From an uncultured Acidobacteriota bacterium (GTDB taxonomy: Bacteria; Acidobacteriota; Vicinamibacteria; Vicinamibacterales; CAVVIG01), in assembly GCA_963773035.1 (NCBI GenBank), contig CAVYZX010000004.1, positions 210,135-274,134 on the forward strand: 64,000 bases of DNA, in the 5' to 3' direction. A model generated the notes under the pieces. It saw only the letters and a list, made by a program, of their open reading frames with translations. It did no database searches and was not told where the DNA came from. The translations under genes and the position numbers were made by a program. Of this stretch, positions 1-8,911 are shown piece after piece. Every line of letters starts with the position of its first letter. The stretch's first letter is position 1.

Positions 1-288
1 GCCACCCGATCGGGACTCTTGGCGAAAAGCACCGCGCCTGTTCGTGATGTGTAGCTCATTGACTCCGTCCAACACTCCTCGACCGCTCCCTCAGAAAAAC
101 AATCAAGTCTTGGCTCTTCGGCACGTCGACGTTCTGTTGCCGGAGCATTGTCGTCACTTGGCCCCGATGATAACTGGCTGCGTGAACTGGTCGGCCGTCA
201 AATTTGCACATCACCCGTGAATCCACATCACATGTTGCGCGCAGCAGGATTGGAACTCCAGAAGTCGGGATCCGCGGCGATCCAGGCT

Positions 289-795
289 TCAGCAGGAAAG
301 CTCCATTGCGGCTGGACAGCAAGAATCATCGAGCCAGGCCCACGCCTGGGCGGCGAGTCGCACGGCTGCCGCATGAGTGTTCGCTGGTGCCACGACGAAC
401 CGCTCACGATCGGAAGACTCGAACACCGCTCCGGCAACCTCGCGCTCATCGCGAACGATAGTCATCACGAAGAAGCGGGCACCGGCAATCCGCAATATCA
501 CGCCTCCGCTCAGATTGGGCCGATACTCTGTGGATGTCGTGCTGAGCGTCTCCCTATAGCCTTCCTTGCGTTTGCCCAGTTCCGTCAGCTTGGCCATGAG
601 AGCTTCGTTTCGTGCGTACGCCGCTCCGAGTTGGTCCTTTTCCTCTTGTGACGCAAACGCATTCAGCCACCACACCTCTTTCGGTCCGGCCACGGAGGCG
701 AGTGCGAGGTAGGGGTGTGGACATTTCAACGTGGCGCAGGCAGTAGCGAGCTCGAGCTCGTTCTCGTTGTAGGCTTGCTCCATTCCAGGACGCAA
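289..795 (-). CDS. hypothetical protein
   Basis: 168-aa ORF co-directional with its neighbours. No recognisable motif. Confidence 0.4.
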   Translation of the reverse strand: MRPGMEQAYNENELELATACATLKCPHPYLALASVAGPKEVWWLNAFASQEEKDQLGAAYARNEALMAKLTELGKRKEGYRETLSTTSTEYRPNLSGGVILRIAGARFFVMTIVRDEREVAGAVFESSDRERFVVAPANTHAAAVRLAAQAWAWLDDSCCPAAMELSC

Positions 796-833
796 ACGCT
801 CCCGGACAATCAGCAGAAACAGGGGCGGCTTTT

Positions 834-1613
834 CTAGCGTCGTCCATCACGACGCCAAGCGCTGTCGGCCAGCCCCATCGGCGTGATCTGGCTTGCCCAA
901 TGTCGATTCAGCTCAGAGCATACGGGCGAGAGCCAACTGATGTGTCGTTCTTGAACCATGAATACGAAGAGAACGTCAGGCGTTCTGAACGCCTCGATTA
1001 CTCTCGCTCCGGTTCGCAACGAGAGCTCCTTCGCGATTCGCGATGTGAAGCCGATGCGACTTTCCCGGCAAAAGTGCTGATACACCAGGACAGAGCAGCC
1101 GCCACGCCAGAGGGCCTCCAATTCAACCCAGGACACGTGCTTCGACGAACCCTTCCGCCCGATCGGCCTCGATGAAATCTCCAAGCCGTTGTCCGGGTCG
1201 AGGAAGACCAGGTCGGTGCCTCGAGCTGCGGCCAGGAGTCCGTCCCGCCAGACTCCGCGAGCCAAACGACCGTCGGGAACGATGTCAGAATAGAACGAGG
1301 CGCGCGGCAAGAGCCCAACATCTTCAAGCAGCGTCACATCCGGCCGCCGTTGTCGTCGAAGAATGTTTTGGAGGCCCGTGTATAGGACGCCGTCGTATTC
1401 GCGCCACCGTCCCGGCGACTCCAAGTACCAACGACGGCCGCCGTCCCGGCCGCCGTCGTCGCCCGTGAGCATCCACGCGACAAGAAGCTTTGGACAACCG
1501 GCTCGCTGAAAGCACCGGAGAAGACCGTACTTGCGATAGTCGTTGACGTCTCCGAAGTACTGGTTCTTCAAATTAAATGAAGTCTCCGGGTGGAGTAAAC
1601 CCACCGACAACAT
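834..1613 (-). CDS. hypothetical protein, possible RlmJ-like methyltransferase fold
   Basis: 259-aa ORF with motifs YFGDVNDYRKYGLL, LVFLDPDNGLE and VLVYQH. Their order recalls RlmJ-type enzymes. The 5' end overlaps the amidase 3' end by about 40 nt, so the start is uncertain. Confidence 0.6.
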   Translation of the reverse strand: MLSVGLLHPETSFNLKNQYFGDVNDYRKYGLLRCFQRAGCPKLLVAWMLTGDDGGRDGGRRWYLESPGRWREYDGVLYTGLQNILRRQRRPDVTLLEDVGLLPRASFYSDIVPDGRLARGVWRDGLLAAARGTDLVFLDPDNGLEISSRPIGRKGSSKHVSWVELEALWRGGCSVLVYQHFCRESRIGFTSRIAKELSLRTGARVIEAFRTPDVLFVFMVQERHISWLSPVCSELNRHWASQITPMGLADSAWRRDGRR

Positions 1614-3132
1614 TCTCGATCAGCCTCGCGAATTCGATGGGAGTCCCGTCTTCCCACATCGGTCCCATGATCTGGACTCCGGCCGGCAGACCGGCGCTCG
1701 TTTGCCCAACCGGGGCTACCGTCGCCGGCAACCCGGCCAACGTGGCGGCACAAATCCAGTAAAGAATGTTTGGAGAATATGGCCGTTTCCCTTCGGGAGT
1801 CTCGATCGCACGTGCGAGGGCGGGCTCAGTGTGATCGTGAGGGAACGCTGCCGTAAAGCCGGTGGGGAGTAGAAATACATCGTGACTCTCGAAGTATTTC
1901 TGCCACACGGCTCGAAACGCGAGGCGACGCTGCGTTTCACCCAGCCATCGTGCGTGCGGCCCGACCGTCGCCGCGGCGGAGATGTCGTTCGGATCGTTCT
2001 CGAAGCGCCGACGCGATTCCTCACGCTCCGGTCCACTCATGTCGGCGTTGAGGAGGGCAAAAAGTAGGTACTGGTACGTTCTGAACTGCGCCTGCAGATC
2101 CAATCCCGGCGGCCAGCCTCGCTCTAGTTTCGCTCCGGCCTTGCCAAGCGCGTCCAGCGCCTTTTCGTAAGGCCTGGCGATATCGGAAGAGACCGGAGCG
2201 AAGGTGTCGTCGAACATGTATCCAACCCGGAAATCCTTCAGCTGTTTGTGACGTGGTGCGGGCAGGCGCCAGCTCCAGGCCTTCGCCTCGTCGCCGCTGG
2301 CTCCACCGAGCACGCGCAAGGCCAACGCCAGGTCGTTGGCGCTGCGGGCCAGCGGACCAGCCACCGCCAAGTCCATCGGTACGCCGGGCGAACCGTCCCA
2401 TGGCCCCGGTCGATGACCGGCATCGCTGACGAGGTCGAGCGATGGCTTGTGACCAAACACACCACAAAAATGCGCGGGAACGCGGATGGAGCCGCCAATA
2501 TCGCTGCCGAGCGTCAGACACCCAAGGCCCGCGGCCAGCGCGGCCGCGCCTCCTCCCGTCGATCCGCCAGGTGTTCGCGTCAGGTCCCACGGATTGTTCG
2601 TCGTCCCGTAGATGGGGTTGAAGCTCTGATAGTCGGCGAGAAGCACAGGCACGTTCGTCTTGCCAACGACGATCGCGCCGGCCGCCTCGAGTCGTTCAAC
2701 TGCAACGGCGGTCCGGGAACTTCTCGTGTCTTTCAAGCTCGTGAGTCCCCAGGTATTCGGCGAGTCTCGGTACGCGAACGATTCCTTGATCGTCACCGGT
2801 AGGCCATGCAGGTCACCCCATGGTTTGCCCTGTGCCAGAGCCTCGTCGGCTTGCGTCGCGCGCTTCACAGCTTGCTCTCGAAACTGCCAGATGATTGCGT
2901 TGAGTTTTGGGTTGTAACGATCGATCCGCTGAAACGTGATGTCCAGCAATTCGCGCGCTGAGATTCTTTTCTTGCGAATGGCGTCCGTGGTTGCGACGGC
3001 CGTGGCGAACGCCGGATCGAAGCTGCGGACGATGTCAGCACGGGTTTGTACCGCTATCGGTGATAGCGCGGGCTGGAGGGTCGCGCTCGTCACTGTGGTC
3101 CCCATCCACTTCAGCACGTCACGGCGATCCAT
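1573..3132 (-). CDS. amidase (amidase-signature family), Tat-exported
   Basis: Amidase signature GGSTGGGAAALAAG and GSDIGGSIRVPA. N-terminus MDRRDVLKWMG is Tat-like. The ATG at 3132 sits 8 nt downstream of GGAG. Confidence 0.9.
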   Translation of the reverse strand: MDRRDVLKWMGTTVTSATLQPALSPIAVQTRADIVRSFDPAFATAVATTDAIRKKRISARELLDITFQRIDRYNPKLNAIIWQFREQAVKRATQADEALAQGKPWGDLHGLPVTIKESFAYRDSPNTWGLTSLKDTRSSRTAVAVERLEAAGAIVVGKTNVPVLLADYQSFNPIYGTTNNPWDLTRTPGGSTGGGAAALAAGLGCLTLGSDIGGSIRVPAHFCGVFGHKPSLDLVSDAGHRPGPWDGSPGVPMDLAVAGPLARSANDLALALRVLGGASGDEAKAWSWRLPAPRHKQLKDFRVGYMFDDTFAPVSSDIARPYEKALDALGKAGAKLERGWPPGLDLQAQFRTYQYLLFALLNADMSGPEREESRRRFENDPNDISAAATVGPHARWLGETQRRLAFRAVWQKYFESHDVFLLPTGFTAAFPHDHTEPALARAIETPEGKRPYSPNILYWICAATLAGLPATVAPVGQTSAGLPAGVQIMGPMWEDGTPIEFARLIENVVGGFTPPGDFI

Positions 3133-3210
3133 GATCATCGCTCCTTTCAGCACAACGACACCACCCGACTACGTACGCGCGCTCGGCACCCGGCAAAGCA
3201 TGGCCTCACT

Positions 3211-3750
3211 TTAGGCGGTGCTGTCCGCGAGAACACGCAGGACATGCTCGGCTCGCTCAGCCACCTGAAGGCGCGGTACTTCGTTGAGAACATAGCCGCA
3301 CGAACGGTACCACTGCTCGACCCTGGCGTGGACGTCAACGGCCTCAGCAAACGATTGGTCGCGTTCGGCGTCTTTGGCGTAGATGACCTCCCACGGCGGC
3401 AACACGAACACAGTGGCGTGGAATGGGTAAGCAGCGAGCATGGATTTTAGGCCGAGAGAAGGCAGTGGCGAAGCCTCGTGAAGCATGCCAAGCGCCTCGA
3501 CCAGCCCCCGATCGAAGAAGACCCATTTGGAAGCTCTAGGCTGACTCAGATACTTCTCAATATCTCGTCGCAGGATCTCCTGGGCGAAGGTGAGTGCGTC
3601 TGGTCGACGGCTCGCGCCACGCGCGAGGCGCTCGGCGATGATGGCTCGAGCGGATTCCTCGACAGTTGCATAGCCCCTGGAGGCAAACTCAGCCAGCAGC
3701 GTCGTCTTGCCCGCACCCGGCCCGCCGGTGACGATGACATGAGGGATCAA
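3211..3750 (-). CDS. P-loop AAA-type ATPase
   Basis: Walker A GGPGAGKTT lies at the N-terminus of a 179-aa ORF. TTG start is preceded by GAGGA. Confidence 0.8.
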   Translation of the reverse strand: MIPHVIVTGGPGAGKTTLLAEFASRGYATVEESARAIIAERLARGASRRPDALTFAQEILRRDIEKYLSQPRASKWVFFDRGLVEALGMLHEASPLPSLGLKSMLAAYPFHATVFVLPPWEVIYAKDAERDQSFAEAVDVHARVEQWYRSCGYVLNEVPRLQVAERAEHVLRVLADSTA

Positions 3751-3893
3751 TTGGCCCGCATCCTCATTCGATCTTCCAGGCGTCGAGGTCCGTGAGCGGT
3801 GTCGGGAGCCGACCCTCGTGCCACCTAGGACCGCGTGAGCCGTCGCAAACCCAGAATTCGCATTGTCCTGACAGAGCTTTCACGGAGGTCCAC

Positions 3894-4442
3894 ATGATCA
3901 ACGTAGCGCACGGGAAGCCCCTGTGCTCAACGGCCTGCATCGCCTATGCCTTGACGATATCTTTGGCAAGCGCCGCTTGCGCGTTGACGAATCGAACGTC
4001 GCCCAGCGCGCTCCAAGCGATACCTGCCGGAGCTGGGATCGTCCCGGGAAGCTGGGACCGCGTCCAACGTCTTCAATTGGGCTCCCCGCTGGTCGTGACA
4101 TTGAAGAGCGGTGTCAGGCTCGAAGGGGCCTTCAACAGCCTCGGCCAAGGAGAACTGGCCCTCACCGATCGAGCCGGACAGCCGTTGACCATCGCGAGTT
4201 CGGACATTTCCCGCATCGTGACGCAAGTCGACGACACGCTCACGAACGGCGCCTTGACGGGCGGCGGCATCGGCTTGGCCGCGGCGCTGGCGGTCTTAGC
4301 TGCAGCCGGCTCAGGAGAAGGTTACGTCCTGCCCTCCGCCAAATGGGGAGCCCCGCTGCTTCTCTCGGGCGTTGGTATTGTTGTCGGGATGCTCGTAGAC
4401 CGTGCGCACAAAGGTCAAGACCTGATCTACGTGCCACCGTAG
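3894..4442 (+). CDS. hypothetical membrane or lipoprotein-like protein
   Basis: Internal ATG at 3894 is preceded by GGAGG (3884-3888). Hydrophobic N-terminus, and a Gly/Ala-rich C-terminal transmembrane segment. Confidence 0.55.
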   Translation: MINVAHGKPLCSTACIAYALTISLASAACALTNRTSPSALQAIPAGAGIVPGSWDRVQRLQLGSPLVVTLKSGVRLEGAFNSLGQGELALTDRAGQPLTIASSDISRIVTQVDDTLTNGALTGGGIGLAAALAVLAAAGSGEGYVLPSAKWGAPLLLSGVGIVVGMLVDRAHKGQDLIYVPP

Positions 4443-4460
4443 CGTGGTGCGCAATGCCGC

Positions 4461-5096
4461 TCACCCGCCCGTAACTTGGAACTGGTCCCTGTCAATCCTG
4501 ATGAGCCTCACCGACATCACGACAAACCACGCGAAGTAAATCGCCCCAGCGATCCGTTGAACGAGCGCATCCGAAAACCGGCCCCGCAAAGCAAAAGATG
4601 CCACGAGCGTAGCTAGGACAAGGGCGACGTTGATGTAAGCCACACTTCGCCAGTCAGGACGCCGCAGCATGGGGCGAACGAGCAAGAGTGCAGCGATCAA
4701 CCAAGCGATCCCATGGATCAAGGACATGATGAAGTGTCCTTTCGTGAACGGAGAAGTCACGAGAGCCACACCGTTCTCCATTTCGGCCGGGCTCAATCCC
4801 GTGCCCGCGAAGCCCAATCCGGAGATGACGAACAGCCAGAACGCGACAGTGCGACGCGGCTTGGCATCCACCGATGCGGCAATCGCCCCGCCGGCCATCG
4901 CGAGCAAGATTCCTGGCACGATGAAGCCGATGAGATTCCAGGGCAGCGCGTGGAGCGATCCGAGCGCTCCCAGCTCGCTGACCGCATTTGCCGCGTGTGA
5001 ATATGACGGCCGGAGTGCGCCGAAGACCAATAGCGCCGACCAGCAAATGACGGCAGCAGCGATTCCAAGGAGCCCCGCGGTTCGTCTGCGAACCAT
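4461..5096 (-). CDS. DUF998-like integral membrane protein
   Basis: 211-aa ORF with multiple hydrophobic helices and an SELGA-type motif typical of DUF998. Confidence 0.6.
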   Translation of the reverse strand: MVRRRTAGLLGIAAAVICWSALLVFGALRPSYSHAANAVSELGALGSLHALPWNLIGFIVPGILLAMAGGAIAASVDAKPRRTVAFWLFVISGLGFAGTGLSPAEMENGVALVTSPFTKGHFIMSLIHGIAWLIAALLLVRPMLRRPDWRSVAYINVALVLATLVASFALRGRFSDALVQRIAGAIYFAWFVVMSVRLIRIDRDQFQVTGG

Positions 5097-5653
5097 TGAA
5101 GTGAACTCAGAATCTGCTTCTCGAACCGTCGCAGCCGGAGCGTGCCGACGGGTGCGGGAAACTCTGCATCAACCTCTCCGCGGTCCACAAAACCAGCCCG
5201 CGTGTAGTAATCGCGCAGGAAAGCGTTCTCCGCAACGCAGTCGAGTCGAACGCACGTCCGGCCGAGAGCCGACGCTCGCTGGCTTGCCCACTCCAGGAGG
5301 TGACCACCGAGTTGGTGGTTGGCCCACTCGCGACTTATCGCGAGGTTGTACACGTACACAGCATCATCTTCTGCGATTTCTGGCCACACGATCGGTTCAC
5401 GCAACAGCAGCCGCAAGGTGCCGACCAACGCATCGCCACAGAATGCCAGCTGCACTTCACCCCGCCTGATGGATTCAGCGTAATAGTTCGCGGAGAGGCG
5501 GAAGCTGCCAGGCCGCCATTGATTGATTCCACGCTGCGCGAGCCAGTCGGCAACTTCCTCGAGCAGGTCAACATATCGACCCAGATCTTCGGACTGAGCC
5601 GAGATGATTCGAAGCGGGTCATGCCCTCTCGCCTCAGGTTCCGAGCGAACCAT
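4793..5653 (-). CDS. GNAT family N-acetyltransferase (3' end anomalous)
   Basis: GNAT core (VYVYNLAISREWANHQLGGHLLEWA ... RLRRFEKQI) ends near 5115. The frame has no stop until 4793 and overlaps the DUF998 gene by about 300 nt. Confidence 0.65.
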   Translation of the reverse strand: MVRSEPEARGHDPLRIISAQSEDLGRYVDLLEEVADWLAQRGINQWRPGSFRLSANYYAESIRRGEVQLAFCGDALVGTLRLLLREPIVWPEIAEDDAVYVYNLAISREWANHQLGGHLLEWASQRASALGRTCVRLDCVAENAFLRDYYTRAGFVDRGEVDAEFPAPVGTLRLRRFEKQILSSLQWFADEPRGSLESLLPSFAGRRYWSSAHSGRHIHTRQMRSASWERSDRSTRCPGISSASSCQESCSRWPAGRLPHRWMPSRVALSRSGCSSSPDWASRARD

Positions 5654-6380
5654 ACAAGAAGAATTGACCGCTCGAGCGAATCCAGCCGTTCCAACCAAGC
5701 GACGAAAGCTGTCGTTCCAGGCTGTCCGGTTCGTAGAAGATCTTCACGATCTTGTACTCGCGCCCGTCGTTGAGTCGCCGTTCGACCAAGCCAGATTGGT
5801 CGACTGGCGCATGGTCACGGGCCGTCGACGCCTGTTCGAGGAGGCTGTCGATAAGGAACACACGGCCCTTTGGCTTCAGCGATGCGCCCACCTTTGCCCA
5901 GAACCCTTCGAATTCGTTTCGTGGGACGTGAGAAAGCCAGAAGCTGAAAAACACCGCATCAAATCGAGCCCCTGGCTGCCAGGTGAAGAGGTCCGTCACG
6001 ACGTACTCGACGGCACTCGACTGAACACGACGGCGATTGATCGCAATCGCTTCCGATGAGGCATCGAGGGCGACAACACGAGAATGCTGCCGCGCGAGTT
6101 GCTGCGTCCATAACCCAGTCCCACAGGCGAGCTCCAGAACTTCGCTGGACTGCAGCTCTTGATGGAGCGCCGCCTCAATCAGTGCCACTTCTCGGAACCA
6201 TGCGGTCCGGTGTTCCGGGCCATGATCGTACCGGCCCTGCCGGAAGAACCACTCGTCGTACTCACTGGCCCTGGCCTGGTAGTACTCGCGTTGCTCGCGG
6301 AGAACACGGTCGTCTGTCAGGCCGGTCACTGTCTTGTCTCTTGACGACTGTTGACTAAGCGGGACAACAGATCCTCGCAT
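5634..6380 (-). CDS. class I SAM-dependent methyltransferase
   Basis: Motif I VLELACGTGLWT in a 248-aa ORF with an ATG start. Confidence 0.85.
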   Translation of the reverse strand: MRGSVVPLSQQSSRDKTVTGLTDDRVLREQREYYQARASEYDEWFFRQGRYDHGPEHRTAWFREVALIEAALHQELQSSEVLELACGTGLWTQQLARQHSRVVALDASSEAIAINRRRVQSSAVEYVVTDLFTWQPGARFDAVFFSFWLSHVPRNEFEGFWAKVGASLKPKGRVFLIDSLLEQASTARDHAPVDQSGLVERRLNDGREYKIVKIFYEPDSLERQLSSLGWNGWIRSSGQFFLYGSLGT

Positions 6381-6404
6381 GACGGCTAATTTTGGGATTC
6401 GTAC

Positions 6405-6863
6405 CTATCGTTGACCACCGATGTTGCGCAGCGCCGCCAGGAACTCGTCGGGCTCTCGAGGACTGAGTAACACGCTGTAGCCTGCGGTTGTCGGAACATA
6501 GACTGCCCGACTCGTATCTGTGAGATACAACAGGGCTTGCTCCCCATTGCGCAGCCGAAACCACCCCGACTTGTAGCCGGGCAAACCAGTTCCCATCGTC
6601 CGCCGCACCGGTGTGAGCTCGGGCATGGTGGCGAAGTCGACTCTCGATGCCAACGATCCGCGCACCTGATCGGCTGGTATCAGGCGACCGTACAGGTCAC
6701 CCCGCAGGCGAAGACCAGCAGGGGAGACTTCGAACGTAGCCGTTCGTGCCCCCTTTACAGACGCACCCAACAAGCCGGCCACAAGGACAAGGACGAAGCC
6801 GGGGATCAACAAGATCGGCCAGATCGCTCGACCGGCGGCCGGCGCAATCAGGAACTGCTGCAT
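6405..6863 (-). CDS. membrane-anchored bacterial PH-domain-like protein
   Basis: N-terminal transmembrane helix followed by a soluble domain of about 110 aa. The ATG at 6863 lies 9 nt after GGAG. The family call is tentative. Confidence 0.5.
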   Translation of the reverse strand: MQQFLIAPAAGRAIWPILLIPGFVLVLVAGLLGASVKGARTATFEVSPAGLRLRGDLYGRLIPADQVRGSLASRVDFATMPELTPVRRTMGTGLPGYKSGWFRLRNGEQALLYLTDTSRAVYVPTTAGYSVLLSPREPDEFLAALRNIGGQR

Positions 6864-6935
6864 CGTTGGCACTCCGTTCGTTGTGTCCGTTAACGACCAG
6901 GCTACAACGAGTCCAAGCGGTGGAGACGGACCGTT

Positions 6936-7013
6936 TCAATCACGCATGTGGATTCCCAATCGATCGGCGAGCACGAGGCCCACGGTGCTCTTGCCAGTAC
7001 CTCCTGGACCTAT
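6936..7013 (-). pseudogene. remnant of a P-loop kinase/ATPase N-terminus
   Basis: Translates as IGPGGTGKSTVGLVLADRLGIHMRD then a stop. A TAG lies immediately upstream and there is no start codon. Confidence 0.3.
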
Positions 7014-7053
7014 CTAGCGGCGTGTATTGGCTGAATCAGTACCGGTCACGACG

Positions 7054-7139
7054 TTGAACGCAGAGGACGCGGAGATCGCGGAGTATCAATCTTGGAATGA
7101 AATGTTGTCTCTGCGGGCTCTGCGGTCTCCGCGTTGATC
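7054..7139. repeat. imperfect long inverted repeat (REP-like hairpin)
   Basis: Arms gttgaacgcagaggacgcggagatcgcggag and ctctgcgggctctgcggtctccgcgttgatc are about 70% complementary. It lies downstream of the gene ending at 7173. Confidence 0.4.
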
Positions 7140-7172
7140 GTGATCTGGTCGTAATCCGCCGGATACCGTCCG

Positions 7173-7543
7173 CTAGCCGGCTCGCCAGTTTGTTGCTGTG
7201 AGGTCCGGAAGCCGTGCGAGATACTTTCGATACGATTCGTCCGTTGAATCCCCTTCCCGCATCAGTTCGTACAGGTTCTCGGCGAGTACTGACCCGATGG
7301 CGTGAAGAGCGTCGTGCCGACTGAGACCCTCCCTTTGAAGACGGGCCAGCGTCTCGACGACCATTTCCTCTCCAGGGCGAGCTGGTTCTCCACGACGACG
7401 TGAATGACCGCATGAAGCTGTGCATTAGGCAATCTGATTTTCTTGCGCTGATGGTAAGCAGAAACCAGCCCGATGCGCTCGCCTTCGTCGGTTTGGAGCC
7501 AGTCTGTCGGCCCAGGTGAGGTGTCCGGATCGTATGAATTCAT
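7173..7543 (-). pseudogene. DUF1841-like protein, frameshifted
   Basis: ORF 7262-7600 carries ...LHAVIHVVVENQLALE. ORF 7173-7364 continues VVETLARLQREGLSRHDALHAIGSVLAENL in another frame. The junction is near 7365-7375. Confidence 0.6.
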
Positions 7544-7629
7544 ATTGGAAATGTGACTCCAACCTTCAGAGCACCATCGACGAGACCGAAGAATTCGCAA
7601 GCCCAGCCGCGGCGCCTCGATCTCAGCAG

Positions 7630-7893
7630 CTACGGTTGAATCACACCCAACGACAAACCAGCGTCGTGAAGGCGCCGCCTGCAGTCCTGCGCTTGACCAG
7701 CCGGAACGTAAAATACGGCTCCACTTCCATCCGAGGAAAATGGGCCGGTTTGTATACGTTCAATTTCCACCGCGTACTCGACCTCCGCGGCATCGAGCAC
7801 GCCTTCAGCCATAGAGCAATCTTTGACCGATGTTCCAAGAAAGATTGGCTCGATCTCCTTGCCATCGAATGCTGAACGCTCGAGAGGAGGCAT
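7630..7893 (-). CDS. hypothetical small protein
   Basis: 87-aa ORF, co-directional with neighbours, with plausible composition. Confidence 0.45.
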   Translation of the reverse strand: MPPLERSAFDGKEIEPIFLGTSVKDCSMAEGVLDAAEVEYAVEIERIQTGPFSSDGSGAVFYVPAGQAQDCRRRLHDAGLSLGVIQP

Positions 7894-7947
7894 CGCAATC
7901 TCTATCGGGCTAACGACTCGCGCTGAGCCGCACGCCGCCGCGACAGG

Positions 7948-8220
7948 TTAGCGTGAATACACGAAACTGTCCAAGAGCCGCCGTCCGTTTGGCCGACGCA
8001 CTTCAATTATCACTGTCAGGTTGCCGATCCGGTTGAGCGACCAAGACTCAGTGCGAACACCGTTAGGCGTTGCAGGGAACGTGACCACGAGTGTTGCTCC
8101 CTTCCATGAAGTTCCCGAGCCTGATTGCTGTGGAGCGGACGTCCACTGATGAACGCCTGATGCCGGGCCACTTGACGACGTATTCTCCACGGTAAGAGAC
8201 GTCGTGGCCTGGATGACCAC
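7948..8220 (-). CDS. hypothetical small protein
   Basis: 90-aa ORF, GTG start, Ser/Thr-rich. Weak support. Confidence 0.3.
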   Translation of the reverse strand: MVIQATTSLTVENTSSSGPASGVHQWTSAPQQSGSGTSWKGATLVVTFPATPNGVRTESWSLNRIGNLTVIIEVRRPNGRRLLDSFVYSR

Positions 8221-8368
8221 GAGCGGCTACTCAGGCTGAGAGCTCACTCCGATCGGAATCCAACGCCCGGCCAAATCGGCCGCTCATGCGCTACGACCCC
8301 GGCGGTCAGGCTGAGTAGGAGGCAAACAGACGAGCAGATGTCCATCCTGTGCCCCTTTTGAGGCGGTC

Positions 8369-8842
8369 TCACGAGCGTTCGTCGCGAATGTTCGACCAGC
8401 GCTCGCCCCGCTGCGCCTCCGTGGTTTCTTCGATTCTCGATGCAACAATCCACACGTGGCCGGATGGGTCGATGATCCTCGCCGTCCGGTCTCCCCAAAA
8501 CTGGTTCTGCGCCGGGATCAGGATTTGTGCACCGACGGCACTTGCACGCTCAACCGCCTGGTCCACGTCTGCCACGTACACGAATATCACAACGGGCGAG
8601 CTCCCATCGCCAGTGGGTGCGCGGCTGGCAACCACGTCCAGGAACTCGGATTGAACGACGAGAAATGACTCGTTGATACGCATGGCGATGTGGATTGGCG
8701 AGCCATCAGGCCCCGGGCGTCGCACCTGCTCAATCGCGCCAAACGCCGACGCGCAGAAGTTCATCTCGGCTTCCGGGCTCTTGCAGACCAACATCGGAAA
8801 GACAGCCTGCACACCCTGAGGGATCGATTTGACCATCACCAT
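8369..8842 (-). CDS. VOC (glyoxalase/bleomycin-resistance) family protein, PhnB-like
   Basis: C-terminal motif QNQFWGDRTARIIDPSGHVWIV is typical of VOC/PhnB proteins. Confidence 0.85.
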   Translation of the reverse strand: MVMVKSIPQGVQAVFPMLVCKSPEAEMNFCASAFGAIEQVRRPGPDGSPIHIAMRINESFLVVQSEFLDVVASRAPTGDGSSPVVIFVYVADVDQAVERASAVGAQILIPAQNQFWGDRTARIIDPSGHVWIVASRIEETTEAQRGERWSNIRDERS

Positions 8843-8911
8843 CGGATTGTCTCCGGAATCCAGTAGTCAGGCGGTATAACGCCCGCGCTTCAACCTGCGA
8901 AGGCGCGTACT

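Noticed and set aside
1-59. Possible 5' end of a minus-strand gene (MSYTSRTGAVLFAKSPDRV...) running off the left edge
   Set aside because: Only about 19 codons are visible, with no motif and no RBS assessment possible. This is too little to call.
8221-8498. Signal-peptide-like mini-ORF (MDICSSVCLLLSLTAGVVAHE...) upstream of the 90-aa ORF at 7948-8220, considered as one frameshifted secreted protein
   Set aside because: Stops occur in all three frames within the 30-nt gap, so at least two corrections would be needed. There is no homology evidence to justify them.
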